A stretch of DNA of 64,000 bases from an uncultured delta proteobacterium (GCA_963699755.1 CAVOVB010000001.1:1760105-1824104), one strand, 5' to 3'. Positions 19,125 through 29,842 are shown, counted from the first letter of the stretch. Notes: generated by a model from the sequence alone, not told the origin. Program-made: numbers and translations.

Positions 19125-21345
19125 TCAGCGCTCTGCGACACCGATGCCGGACCAATGCCCGGTGTCGAGCGCGCCGGCGGCCGGTGTCACATCCACCAAG
19201 AAGCCGGTGAGGTTCGCCATGCCGGAGACCCGCTCGAGCTTGTCGGGGCCGTCCGCAGCGAGGAGGTTGACGTTGACGCCGGTCGTCTTGCTTGCCACGC
19301 CCATCTTGCTGTCCTGATGGCCCCAGCCGTGCGGTAAAGCGACCGAACCCGGCATTAGCTCCGAGAGAAGCTTCACCGGGACGCGAACCGCGCCCGTTTC
19401 GGTCGACACGTCGGCCAGGTCGCCCTCGGCCAGCCCCGCGCGAGCCGCGTCCTCGGGGTGCATGTACAGATGATTCGTCCCGCGTTCTCGCGAAACGAAC
19501 TCGTCGATGTTGTGGGTCCACGAATTGTGCGTGGTGATGGCACGCTTGGTGATGAGCTTGAGCTTGTCTTTGGTGTCGAGCTCGAGCTGAAAATCGGCTT
19601 CGAGCTTTTGCGCCTGTGTTACGAACACGTTCGGGTGCGAGGTGCACCTTTTTATCGCCGTGAATGACACGCTTGCCGAGGAAACTACCCGGGTCGTGCT
19701 GGGGTCGTAAGCGTCCGTGCTTTTCCTTCAAGAGCTTCTTGAAGCTGCCTTGTTTCGTCGCGCGGAGCAGGCCCGAGAGCAGGAGCTCTTGTGGGATCGA
19801 AGGCTGCTTTCCCCGTTTGCCGAGCGAGCTCAGCGTTTTGGCGGCTTCGAAGGTTCGCTGGGCGGCCGCGGAGCCCCACAAATTGACCCCACTTGCTTTG
19901 GCGATGTCCACGTAGATGCTGGCCTCGTCGCGCTGCTCCCCTTGAGGGGGAACGACGGCGCGTGTCGCCTGCAGATACGGCTTCATTTGAAGCCCGAGCA
20001 TCAGGGGGAAGACGAAGGGAAGGTCCGGCCTCTGAAATGGTGAAGTGCAGGGAAGGACGTGGGTGGCGACCGATGCCGTCTCGCTCGGCTGAATGTCGAG
20101 GACGACGAGCAGCTCCAACTCTTTGAAGGCATCGCGAAGGCGTTCGGAGTTCGCCATGGTGATCAAGGGATTGCCGCCGGTGACGAAAAGGGCTTTGATT
20201 TGCCGGTCACCAGGGGTGAGGATTTCGTCCGCCAAGATTCCGCCGGGCATCGAATCGTTGACCGACTGGAACTTACCAATGCGGCTCTGTTTTTCGCTCA
20301 AGAGCACGCCGGTCTTTTTGCCAAAGGCGGCAAAATCGATGATACCGGTGCTCACGAGCGTCCCGCCCTTGCGGTCGAGGTTACCGGAGATCGCATTGAT
20401 GCATTCCTGCAACCAGAACGCGAGCGAACCGTTGGTGCCCATGTTGACGCCGGTCGAACAGTAGAGCGCCGCGCCGTTGGCTTCGCGGTAGGCACGCACC
20501 AATTTGCGCAGCGTATCGGCCGGAATGCGCGTGACTTCGGCGGTGCGCTCGGGAGGCCAGGCTTCTGCGACGCGGCAGAGCTCGTCGAAGCCGGTCATGT
20601 GCTCGTCGATTCGCGCGCGATCGATTTCGGCGGTCGCCAGGAACTCGTGCAGAAACGACAGATAGAAGAATACGTCGGTGTTCGGACGGATGAACACGTG
20701 CTCACCGGCGACTTTCGCCGTCTCGGTGCGGCGCGGATCGACGACGAAGATCTTTGCACCGCGGGACTCGATCTCTTTGAGACGCCGAATTGGGTTCGAC
20801 ACCTGAAGGAAGCTCCACTTCGAGATGGCCGGATTCGCGCCGACGATGATCAGGCAGTCGAGGTTCTCGAGGTCTGGGAACGGTTGGGTGAACGGAAATC
20901 CGTAGACCTCGCGGGCAACCGAAAACTTGTTTGCGCAATCTTGTGTCGCCGATGAAAACATGCTGGCCGAGCCCACGCCCTGCATGAAGCCCTGCGCAAA
21001 GACAGGGTGCAGCACACCGAAGCCGGCCGCCGTGCCGACGTACATCGCAATGCTGTCACTGCCGTGATTGTCGATCAGCTCGCGAACCTTGGTGCCGATA
21101 CTGCCGAGCGCGTCGTCCCAGCTCACACGCTGAAGCTCACCGTCGACTCGCTGCATCGGGTAGAGCAGACGGTCGGGCGTGTCGTACATCTGATGCTGCT
21201 TGAGCCCCTTGAGGCATCCGAATCCTCGCGTCGCGACGTGGTCGTCGTCGGGCTTGATGTCGACGACCCGGTCGCCCTCCACCGTGACTTCGAGCCCGCA
21301 AAGGGCCTCGCAAATCCGGCAAAACGTCTGCACTGTCTCGGCCAT
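19125..21345 (-). pseudogene. molybdopterin-dependent oxidoreductase (MopB superfamily), frame-disrupted once
   Basis: N-terminal Fe-S motif FCRICEALCG with a molybdopterin oxidoreductase body in track ORF 19069..21345. The C-terminal molybdopterin-dinucleotide-binding domain (LYMHPEDAARAGLAEGDLADVSTETGAVRV) is in ORF 19125..19670. The join (..KKVHLAP / NVFVTQAQKLEA..) is at a CCC run on the coding strand near 19633-19635. Confidence 0.78.
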
Positions 21346-21366
21346 GATCAGCCGAGTCTATAGGGC

Positions 21367-23556
21367 CTAGTCTTGGTGGATCAACTCGTCGAAGGCCCGA
21401 TTGACGTCGTCCATGGATTCTAGGAGCAAATCGTCGCCAGAGCTCTCGCGTGGGCCGCCAAGACGCTCCAAACGCTGATCGACCTCTCGGTATCGTGGCT
21501 CCCGCTGGAAAGTGTACTGATAATGCAAACGCGCCTGGTCGGTCAGTCCACTGGCTTCGCAGGCCATGCCGAGCTCGTAGTGCAAGCCCACGGACTCGGC
21601 CGCGGTCTTCTCCGGACTTTCGAGACCGGATTGGAAGGCTTCGATCGCGTCGCGGGGCTGACCCTCTTCCATGTAGATGAGGCCGATCATCGTCCAGCAG
21701 AGGCAGCGTCGCCGCGGATCGGACATGGCTACCTGGAACTCTCGCCGTGCGTCGGCGTGCAGGCCCATCTCTTTGTAGGCGATGCCGAGGTCGAAGTGTG
21801 TGTCGCTGTCGTCGTCAGCCACCTGCTCGGCAACGCCCGCCTTGAACTGCTCGAAGACGGTTTCGACGTCAATCATCTCGGAGCCATCGTCGAGCGGCGC
21901 AAGCTCGGAGACTTCGGCAAGCTCCTCGGCGAGCTTCTCCGCGAAGTCGAAGCCCTCGTCGCCCGGTTCCAGCTCCTCGTACTCGAGCTCCACATCTGGC
22001 GCGTCCGATATCGAATGTGCCGGAGCCGAAGGCTGGATGAGTGGCTGCGCGACTGCCGAGATTCCCGAAGAGGCGGCCGCGAGCGCTTCGATTTCGCGCG
22101 CTTTGTCGAGCACGAGTGGATGGTCGGGCAGGGTCAGCTGAAGCTCGCTCACAATCGCGCGCGCCTGTGTGAATAGGCCGTCGACCAAATAGGAATCGGC
22201 GAGCTCCAGCGTCTGCTCCATCAGGCTCGGGGCAAGTGCACCGGTGGCTGGAGCGACCTGGGTGCTCAGCAGCGGAAGCGCCAGGAACTCCGAATAGCTC
22301 ATCGGGGATGTGGTTTGCATCGGGATCACACGCGCCCCGGTTGGCGTGCGCGGGGCCGATGGCACCGACGGGTAGGACCCTCCCAAGTCGGTAGGCTCCT
22401 CGGAGAGCGCCGGCAACGAACCGGTCATCGTGCTTCCTTCTTCGATGTCCTCGTCGACATACATGATGCCCGAGGTACCGGTCAGGCTGGAAGCATCACT
22501 GAGGCCGGTCGCGTCGCTCACGCTCGATACGGCGTTCAGGCTAACCGACCTGCCGCTCAGCTGGGAACCATTGCTCAGCTGTGCGGCCGAAACCGAGCTG
22601 GAAGGCCTCGTGGGCGGACGCGCCGCGCTCGAAGGAATGAAGTGTTGTCCCGAGGCCGACGCTGTCTTCTGCAACGCTGCCTGTGCCTCTTGATCGTTTG
22701 GATTGAGCTGCAGAATGCGGTGCAATGCGCTCATGCGCTCCTGAGGCCGATGCGCCTCCCGGTGAATGCGTGCGATTTCGCGATAGACGCTGATGGCCTT
22801 GTCGGTCTGCGACAGCATCAAGAAGGCCTCTGCGAGCAGCGAAAGGGTCGAAACGTCACGTGGATCGGCCTTGAAGCAGATTTGCAGCTTAGCGAGCGCG
22901 CGCTTGGGATCGCGACGCTCGATGTACGTTTCCGCAAGCTCCCGTGCGACTTGGACGTCGTTGCTGCGGTGATACAGCAGCCGCTCAGCGACTTTGAGAT
23001 AGTCCTCGAGTCGGCCTTGCTCTTTCAATAGCAACGCGCCTTGTTCGAACTCGTTTGCGGCGTCTTGCGTCCGGCCCGCTCTCGAAAGAGCCTCGGCGTA
23101 CTTGATTCGAACGGGAATGTGCTCCGGATCGATGTCGACGATCTTGCCCAGCATCACCAGGGCTTGCTCGGTGTCCCCTGCGCGCGCGAAGGCGTTTGAC
23201 ACGTCTTCGAACACGCTCATGGCGTCGCTCACCAATTGCAGCTGCTCATACATTTCGCCGAGCCGCACTTGGGCGTCGAGTCGCGAAGGGTCGAGTTTCA
23301 GGATCTGCTTGTAGACTGCGATGGCCTTCAGAAAGAAGCCCTGCGCAGCGTAGTGTGTCGCGACGATTTCGTACGTCTTGATCGCCGTGCCGCGGTTGCC
23401 GGCGCGCACGTGCAGATCGCCAATCTTCAGCAGGGAACGAACGTCGCGCTTATCCGCAGCCACCAGCTTCTGGTACTGCGCGATAGCCTTGTCGTATTGG
23501 CCGCGCGACTGGTACTTCCGCGCCGCGTCCAAGACCTTATTCCTGTTAATAGCCAA
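21367..23556 (-). CDS. TPR-repeat protein
   Basis: 729 aa. Multiple TPR-like repeats at both ends (YDKAIAQYQKLV, FLKAIAVYKQILKLDP, ...) flank a Ser/Pro-rich low-complexity linker. Confidence 0.8.
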   Translation of the reverse strand: MAINRNKVLDAARKYQSRGQYDKAIAQYQKLVAADKRDVRSLLKIGDLHVRAGNRGTAIKTYEIVATHYAAQGFFLKAIAVYKQILKLDPSRLDAQVRLGEMYEQLQLVSDAMSVFEDVSNAFARAGDTEQALVMLGKIVDIDPEHIPVRIKYAEALSRAGRTQDAANEFEQGALLLKEQGRLEDYLKVAERLLYHRSNDVQVARELAETYIERRDPKRALAKLQICFKADPRDVSTLSLLAEAFLMLSQTDKAISVYREIARIHREAHRPQERMSALHRILQLNPNDQEAQAALQKTASASGQHFIPSSAARPPTRPSSSVSAAQLSNGSQLSGRSVSLNAVSSVSDATGLSDASSLTGTSGIMYVDEDIEEGSTMTGSLPALSEEPTDLGGSYPSVPSAPRTPTGARVIPMQTTSPMSYSEFLALPLLSTQVAPATGALAPSLMEQTLELADSYLVDGLFTQARAIVSELQLTLPDHPLVLDKAREIEALAAASSGISAVAQPLIQPSAPAHSISDAPDVELEYEELEPGDEGFDFAEKLAEELAEVSELAPLDDGSEMIDVETVFEQFKAGVAEQVADDDSDTHFDLGIAYKEMGLHADARREFQVAMSDPRRRCLCWTMIGLIYMEEGQPRDAIEAFQSGLESPEKTAAESVGLHYELGMACEASGLTDQARLHYQYTFQREPRYREVDQRLERLGGPRESSGDDLLLESMDDVNRAFDELIHQD

Positions 23557-23632
23557 AGCCCCTGCTAAGCCCCCGTGCGTTCAGTACACCCACACAAGTC
23601 TACTAATGCCGCACGGGCTCGGTCAACATGCA

Positions 23633-24967
23633 CTAGGAACGAAGCTCATCGAGGAATTTCGTGGAGATCCGGCCTTCCTCGAAGGCGGGGTGCTCCAGAA
23701 TCCTTTGGTGAAGTGGGATGTTGGTGCGAATCCCTCCGATGATCGTCTCGCTGAGCGCTCGCCGCATCTTGGCGATTGCCTGCATACGTGTCGGTGCATG
23801 TACGATGAGCTTCGCGACCAAAGGGTCATAGTGCGGCGGCACGCGCCCCCCGCCATAAATACCGCTATCGACCCGCACCCCGGTTCCGCCGGCCATGTGA
23901 AGCTCGGTGATGACGCCTGGCGAAGGCGCGAAGGTGTCCGGATCTTCGGCATTGATTCGGCACTCGATCGCGTGGCCGCGCGGAGTGAGCGGCTGGGCTG
24001 GGAGCTCCAGAGGCTGACCGTCGGCGATGCGAATCTGCTCGTTGACCAAGTCGATGCCCATGACGAGCTCGGTCACCGGATGCTCGACTTGGATGCGCGG
24101 GTTCATTTCGAGGAACGTCAGCTCGCCGCCCTCGTCGAGCAGGAACTCGAGCGTCCCGGCCGACAGGTAGCCGACTTCGCTCATCGCGCGGCGCACGGTG
24201 GCCGACATATCCCTCCGCATCTCTTCGGTTAGCGCCACGCTCGGAGCCTCTTCTAGGATCTTTTGATGGCGCCGTTGGATCGAACACTCGCGCTCGCCCA
24301 ACACATGGATGTTGCCTTGTTTGTCCCCGAGGATCTGAAACTCGATGTGTCTCGGGCGTTCGAGGTACTTCTCGAAGTACAGGGCGTCGTTCCCAAACGC
24401 GGCCCTCGATTCGGCGCGAGCAGTTTCAAACACCGCGCGCAGCGCTTCTCTCGACTCCACCACGTGCATCCCGCGGCCACCACCACCACCCGAGGCTTTG
24501 AGGAGCACCGGGAAGCCCAGCCCCTCTGCTTTTCGAACCGCGTCTTCGATGTCCTCGATGACCTCGGTCCCATCGAGCGTTGGAAGGCCGAGCGACTTCG
24601 CCAATGCTCGAGCGCTCACTTTGTCGCCCCAGAGCCGAATCTGTTCGGGAAGCGGCCCGATGAACTCGAGGCCGCACTGCGCGCAGGTTTCGGCGAATTC
24701 GGGGTTCTCCGAGAGGAACCCGTAGCCCGGATGAACCGCATCGGCTCCCGTGATTTCAGCCGCCGCAATGATCGCAGGAATGTGCAGATAGCTTCGGCTG
24801 GGGTCCGCTGGACCGATGCAAATGGCTTCGTCCGCCAGCCGGGTGTGCAATGCATCGGCGTCGATTTCGCTGTGCACGGCGACGGTGCGTAGACCGAGCT
24901 CGCGACAGGTACGGATCACGCGAAGCGCGATCTCCCCTCGATTTGCGATGAGGACTTTCTCAAACAC
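23633..24967 (-). CDS. accC: acetyl-CoA carboxylase biotin carboxylase subunit
   Basis: The GTG at 24967 gives VFEKVLIANRGEIALRVIRTCRELG..., an ATP-grasp body through the C-terminus. It lies 2 nt after the accB stop. The track ORF start at 25102 is an upstream artefact. Confidence 0.93.
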   Translation of the reverse strand: MFEKVLIANRGEIALRVIRTCRELGLRTVAVHSEIDADALHTRLADEAICIGPADPSRSYLHIPAIIAAAEITGADAVHPGYGFLSENPEFAETCAQCGLEFIGPLPEQIRLWGDKVSARALAKSLGLPTLDGTEVIEDIEDAVRKAEGLGFPVLLKASGGGGGRGMHVVESREALRAVFETARAESRAAFGNDALYFEKYLERPRHIEFQILGDKQGNIHVLGERECSIQRRHQKILEEAPSVALTEEMRRDMSATVRRAMSEVGYLSAGTLEFLLDEGGELTFLEMNPRIQVEHPVTELVMGIDLVNEQIRIADGQPLELPAQPLTPRGHAIECRINAEDPDTFAPSPGVITELHMAGGTGVRVDSGIYGGGRVPPHYDPLVAKLIVHAPTRMQAIAKMRRALSETIIGGIRTNIPLHQRILEHPAFEEGRISTKFLDELRS

Positions 24968-24969
24968 CC

Positions 24970-25422
<453 letters not shown>

Positions 25423-25445
25423 GGTGTTCCCCGGCGGCGGTTTGA

Positions 25446-25901
25446 TCAGCCGGCAGCGTTCAGATAGTCGATTAGTGCGCGAAGGCCAAGCGCGTAGCTG
25501 TTCTTTCCAAAGCCAATCACAGAACCAATACACACCGCGGCGGTGACGGACTGATGACGAAACGATTCGCGCGCTGCGGTGTTTGAAATGTGCACTTCGA
25601 CTACCGGCAGGCCAGTGGCCGAGATTCCGTCACGCAAGGACACGGAGGTGTGTGTGAGCCCCCCAGGATTGATCACGACGCCATCGAAGGAATCGCGCGC
25701 ATCATGCAGCCAATCGATTAGCTCGCCTTCTTGATTCGACTGACGGCATTCGATCTTGGCGCCGAGGTCCTTGCCGAGCTTTTTGAGCGCCTTCTCGATG
25801 TCGGCGAGCGTCGTAGCGCCATAGACGTCGGGCTCGCGAGTCCCCAACAGGTTCAGGTTGGGCCCGTTGAGGACCAAGACGCGTTTGACCGAAGCCGCCA
25901 T
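25446..25901 (-). CDS. aroQ: type II 3-dehydroquinate dehydratase
   Basis: The internal ATG at 25901 gives MAASVKRVLVLNGPNLNLLGTREPDVYG... with GVVINPGGLTHTSVSLRD. Confidence 0.9.
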   Translation of the reverse strand: MAASVKRVLVLNGPNLNLLGTREPDVYGATTLADIEKALKKLGKDLGAKIECRQSNQEGELIDWLHDARDSFDGVVINPGGLTHTSVSLRDGISATGLPVVEVHISNTAARESFRHQSVTAAVCIGSVIGFGKNSYALGLRALIDYLNAAG

Positions 25902-25905
25902 GGCG

Positions 25906-26262
25906 TCAGAGGTTTTCGAGCAACTTCGGTGCACTCGTTCGGAGCAGGAAGCGCGCCTTGCCGACGTTCCCGCCAGGCGCAACAGCGAGCGCCACGAAAT
26001 ACTCGTCCGTGAGCATGCGGACGACGGTCGTGAGCCGCTCGGTCTGCACCGAAACCTCGCTCGTCCCGCCGGTGTCGAGCATCTCGCCTGCTCGTTGAAC
26101 GCCCTTGAGGACGACGCTGTACTCCATGCCAACGGCCTCGATGTCGAACGGTCCGTCACCCTTGGAATATTGGTCGATCGCGATCCCGTCCGACGCCATC
26201 AGCAGCCCGGCCACTCCGCCATCGGTTCGATCGACGAGGTCTTGCAGTATCTCTTTGAACAT
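25906..26262 (-). CDS. Roadblock/LC7 (MglB-like) domain protein
   Basis: MFKEILQDLVDRTDGGVAGLLMASDGIAIDQY... is typical of Roadblock/LC7. An alternative GTG start lies at 26289. The stop is 4 nt before the aroQ start. Confidence 0.7.
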   Translation of the reverse strand: MFKEILQDLVDRTDGGVAGLLMASDGIAIDQYSKGDGPFDIEAVGMEYSVVLKGVQRAGEMLDTGGTSEVSVQTERLTTVVRMLTDEYFVALAVAPGGNVGKARFLLRTSAPKLLENL

Positions 26263-26335
26263 CGGTCCTCCGATGCGCAATTTCCGCACGGACCGCCCTT
26301 CCGGTCAAGTATCGCGTCGAGCGATCGGCGGTGTG

Positions 26336-27721
26336 CTAGCCGGCGTGGATCAGCTCGACGGTGAGGCCGCCGCCTTCGGTATCTCGGAGCTCGAGGCGAA
26401 GGCCATGGCGGTTGGCGACATCGCTGGCGATATGAAGCCCAAGTCCCATCCCGTGCGGGTGCCGGGTTCGTGCTTCACTACCGCGGAACGAGGGCTCTAC
26501 GACCCTCTCACGATCCGCGTGAGAAATGCCCGGGCCGTCGTCGACCACCCGGAGCGCCCATCTGTCCGCGGATCCTTCGAGGATGACCGCCACGTGACCA
26601 TTGGCTCGGTTGTAGCGAATCGCGTTCTGAACGATGTTGCCCAGCGCCTGCTCGAGCAGGGTGAGGTCGCCGGGGAACTCGATCGCGGTCTCGGGCACTG
26701 CGAGGTCAAGCCCGATTTGCTTGCGCTTCGCGATGGGTTGGTGCCTATCGACCACCCGCTCCACGAGACGGTTCAAGTCGATCGGGTCGCGATGGCTGAG
26801 CCCGTCGTTGGCTTCGAGGCGCGCGGCGGCGTTGAGGTTGTGAAGAAGCGAACCAAGGTACTGCGACTCCTCGAGGCTCGGGACGATCGCGTTGGCATCG
26901 AGCGCATCGCCGGCTTCGATCCTCTGCTGGAGGGACACCAGATGGCCCTGCAAGACGCTCAGCGGAAGCATCACGTCGTGGGTCGTGTTTGCGATGTAGT
27001 CGCGGAGCGCCGCTTCACGTTCACGTAGCGAAGCCAGCTGTGCTTGGATCGTCTGGCGGCTCTGCTCGAACGCTGCGCCGAGCTCGGCGATTTCGTCGTT
27101 GCCCTGGACGTGAATGGGCTCTTCGGAGTCGCTGCCGAGACTGCGGACCGAATCGGTGAGCTGGCGCACACGGCCCACGATCGGGCCCGCGGCAAAGAGC
27201 GCAACCAAGATCACCACGAGCGCTACGAGAAATGCGGGCATCAGCACCGCGCCCGAAAACCAACGAGGCGGCCCTTTGGAGCGCATGAGCAAGACCGAGC
27301 AAGGGCCCTCGGTCCAGGGCATTCGAACCGCGACTTCCGTGCGGCGCTGACCGGGCGAGCGGTCAGTCGCAACCTCGCTCCCCGTTTCGAGTTGCTTTGC
27401 TAGCGCCGACGGGAATGCGGGACTCTCGGGATTGGCGCTCACGAAATTCGCGTCGTACGCGAAGACCCGGTGCCGTGGGAGTGCCTGGTGCGGAGGCCCC
27501 GGCGGCCGTCGAAGCCGCCGCGCACCTCTTTCGCCAGGCCAACGTTCCGGGTTGGCTTCGCATCGCTCTCGTCCACCGGATTCCATGCGGTGCACAGCGG
27601 CTTCGGCTAGCGCATCCACCCGCATCTGCGACTGCCAACGCGACTGCGCCCAACCGAGCAGCACCAGCAATGAAATCGCCGCCAGGCCGAGGGTCAGAGC
27701 CAATCGCGCCCGAAGCTTCAT
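26336..27721 (-). CDS. sensor histidine kinase
   Basis: Two TM segments, a HAMP-like linker, an H-box (NTTHDVMLPL) and HATPase boxes (NAIRYNRANGHV, DDGPGI, GMGLGLHI). Start placed at the Met that makes an ATGA overlap with the response-regulator stop. Confidence 0.85.
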   Translation of the reverse strand: MKLRARLALTLGLAAISLLVLLGWAQSRWQSQMRVDALAEAAVHRMESGGRERCEANPERWPGERGARRLRRPPGPPHQALPRHRVFAYDANFVSANPESPAFPSALAKQLETGSEVATDRSPGQRRTEVAVRMPWTEGPCSVLLMRSKGPPRWFSGAVLMPAFLVALVVILVALFAAGPIVGRVRQLTDSVRSLGSDSEEPIHVQGNDEIAELGAAFEQSRQTIQAQLASLREREAALRDYIANTTHDVMLPLSVLQGHLVSLQQRIEAGDALDANAIVPSLEESQYLGSLLHNLNAAARLEANDGLSHRDPIDLNRLVERVVDRHQPIAKRKQIGLDLAVPETAIEFPGDLTLLEQALGNIVQNAIRYNRANGHVAVILEGSADRWALRVVDDGPGISHADRERVVEPSFRGSEARTRHPHGMGLGLHIASDVANRHGLRLELRDTEGGGLTVELIHAG

Positions 27722-28386
27722 GCGCCTCCCGATAGCCGGTAACCGATGCCCCACACGGTTTCGAGCTGAATCGCGTCCTTGCCGAGCTTGCTCCGGAGCC
27801 GTGAGATGTGGACGTCGAGTGTCCGTCGGCTCCCGTCTTGCGCCGGATCGAGCGCGGCGTCGACCAAGGCTTCCCGGGTGACCGCCGAACCTTTTCTTCT
27901 CGCGAGGAGCGCGAGAATCTCGAACTCCACGGGCGTCAGCGAAAGGCTTCCCGCCGCGTTGCTGACTTCGCGGCGCTCGAGGTCGACTTGAATGGCTCCA
28001 ACGACCAGACGTTTGGTTCCTACCAGATTCGGCCGGCGCAAACAGGCTTGGATGCGCGCGACGAGCTCTTCGGGGAAAAACGGTTTGGTTACGTAGTCGT
28101 CGGCGCCGAGCTTGAGCCCGCGAATCTTGTCCGCCGTGTCGTCTCGCGCACTCAAGATCAGAACCGGAACTTCCGACTTCACCCGGTAGCGCTTGAGCAA
28201 GTCCATCCCGTAGGTGCCGGGCAACATCAGGTCGAGGACGATGACGCGGTAGTCGTCGGGGTCGAGGTCTCGCGCGGCGTCGCCGTCCTGTACCCAGTGG
28301 GGGTCGAACCCTGCTTGCGAAAGAGTCTGTACCACTTGCTGACCAAGGGCGACGTCATCTTCCACGAGCAGGATTCGATTGGACAC
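27718..28386 (-). CDS. OmpR/PhoB-family response regulator
   Basis: 222 aa. Receiver domain (ILLVEDD..., VILDLMLPG) and a winged-helix output (LTPVEFEILALLARR...WGIGYRL). Confidence 0.9.
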   Translation of the reverse strand: MSNRILLVEDDVALGQQVVQTLSQAGFDPHWVQDGDAARDLDPDDYRVIVLDLMLPGTYGMDLLKRYRVKSEVPVLILSARDDTADKIRGLKLGADDYVTKPFFPEELVARIQACLRRPNLVGTKRLVVGAIQVDLERREVSNAAGSLSLTPVEFEILALLARRKGSAVTREALVDAALDPAQDGSRRTLDVHISRLRSKLGKDAIQLETVWGIGYRLSGGA

Positions 28387-28398
28387 CGAGTTCTCCAG

Positions 28399-28839
28399 TT
28401 AGTTCCGGTCTTGAGAATGATGACGCTCGAAGCGCTCTTCCATTCGCGCGACCTTGTGCTCTCGCTTCAGCAATCGAAGTGCCTCGCGCTGCTCACAACT
28501 GAGGTTCGCATAGATTTGGTCCTCGGTCGCGAAACGAAGATCTTTCATGGCCGTGAACTTCTCTTTGCTGCGCGGCATGTCCCGGATCTCCTTACGCTGC
28601 GCCTGCGCCCGCTCCATGATGGCGCGGATGCTCGCCTCCTGCGCGTCGTTCAGGTCGAGCCGTTGGGTCATTTCGGTCAGATGCTCTTCCGTCTTTTCAG
28701 GTGACCAGGGCCCTCGTTCGCCGTGGGGGCCTCCGTGAGGGCCTCCGTGCGCGAACGCAACGCCTCCGACGGTCAGCGCGATTGCTGTGACGCCCCCCAG
28801 CAGGGCGGCGACGATGGTTGCTTTGTTGATGAACTTCAT
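28399..28839 (-). CDS. periplasmic Spy/CpxP-like protein
   Basis: 146 aa. Signal peptide, helical and charged, with LTxxQ-like motifs (LDLNDAQEASI, LSCEQREAL). Sits directly upstream of the two-component pair. Confidence 0.6.
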   Translation of the reverse strand: MKFINKATIVAALLGGVTAIALTVGGVAFAHGGPHGGPHGERGPWSPEKTEEHLTEMTQRLDLNDAQEASIRAIMERAQAQRKEIRDMPRSKEKFTAMKDLRFATEDQIYANLSCEQREALRLLKREHKVARMEERFERHHSQDRN

Positions 28840-28945
28840 GAGTTTCCCTTTCTCGGAGGTTCCACCTCCTCATGAAGTAAAGGACTCGAACCTTACGCGA
28901 GTCTTAACGCGGGCAGATTTTCTGCTTTTCCGCTAGTTTTGGCCG

Positions 28946-29674
28946 GTGGCCCGCTCTTTTCTCGTTCTCGATATCGAAACCGTTCCCGATCCGGACCTCG
29001 TCTGGGATGCGGCCGTCGGCGGCTTTCCACCTGCGCCGTTCCATCAAGTGGTCGCACTCGGGGTCCTGTGGCTCGACGGGAACTACGAGCTCCAGAAGCT
29101 CGGCGCGTTTGGAGGCGAAGAAGATGCACCGCCCGATGAGTCGAAGGTATTGCAAGAGTTTGCCGATTTCATCGGAAAGCGGCACCCGACCATGGTGAGC
29201 TTCAACGGGCGGCGCTTTGATCTGCCCGTCCTCGCCAATCGCATGCTGAAGCACGGTGTGCCGTTCCCCGCGTACTACGCAGGGCGCAGCGGGGGCGCCG
29301 ACTATCGCTATCGTTACAGCGATGAAGGTCACATGGACTTGGCCGACGTGCTCACGGACTACGGCGCGAGCCGCATGCCAAGCCTGGGCGCGCTTGCGCA
29401 ACTGGTCGGCATGCCGGGCAAAATGGAAGTCGACGGCTCGAAAGTTCAGAGCATGTTCGAGCACGGCCGCTACGCAGAGATTCGCGACTACTGCCTACAC
29501 GACGTCGTTCAAACGACCTTCGTGTTTCTCCGCTCCGAGCTCTTGCGAGGCCGCTTGAGCCAGTCCGACTACCGCGAGCGGGCCACGGCGCTCTGGGACG
29601 CGCTCGAAAAAGACCAGCGCGTCATCGCCGTCCTCGAGCGCGCCAACAAGCCCCTAGCCCTCCTAAACGACTAG
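28946..29674 (+). CDS. standalone 3'-5' exonuclease, PolB-exonuclease-like / RNase H fold
   Basis: 242 aa with FLVLDIETVPD (Exo I), SFNGRRFDLPVL (Exo II) and YCLHDVVQT (Exo III-like). Confidence 0.65.
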   Translation: MARSFLVLDIETVPDPDLVWDAAVGGFPPAPFHQVVALGVLWLDGNYELQKLGAFGGEEDAPPDESKVLQEFADFIGKRHPTMVSFNGRRFDLPVLANRMLKHGVPFPAYYAGRSGGADYRYRYSDEGHMDLADVLTDYGASRMPSLGALAQLVGMPGKMEVDGSKVQSMFEHGRYAEIRDYCLHDVVQTTFVFLRSELLRGRLSQSDYRERATALWDALEKDQRVIAVLERANKPLALLND

Positions 29675-29738
29675 AAAAGGGGACAGTCCCCTTTTTCAAT
29701 GGGTTAACCCTTCTGAAAAGGGGACTGTCCCCTTTTTC
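29675..29738. repeat. two copies of a 21-bp perfect palindrome flanking a GGGTTAACCC palindrome
   Basis: aaaaggggacAgtcccctttt near 29675-29698 and aaaaggggacTgtcccctttt near 29715-29738, each with 10-bp arms. gggttaaccc lies at 29701-29710. The element starts immediately after the exonuclease stop. Confidence 0.7.
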
Positions 29739-29842
29739 TCTTTTCGTCACTCCGTTAAGAGCTTCGTAAGGTCTGGCGTCGTCCGAGTGGGTGAACCGTG
29801 GGGGAAGCCCCGCAACCACTCCCGAAAAGACGAGGAATCAAC

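Noticed and set aside
19633-19670. Selenocysteine recoding in the molybdopterin oxidoreductase
   Set aside because: The discontinuity is a change of reading frame, not an in-frame TGA, and the N-terminal region shows Cys where relevant.
23557-23632. Inverted repeat CCCGTGCG...CGCACGGG downstream of accC, considered as an intrinsic terminator
   Set aside because: The 8-bp stem has a ~30-nt loop and no T-tract, so it is not a convincing terminator.
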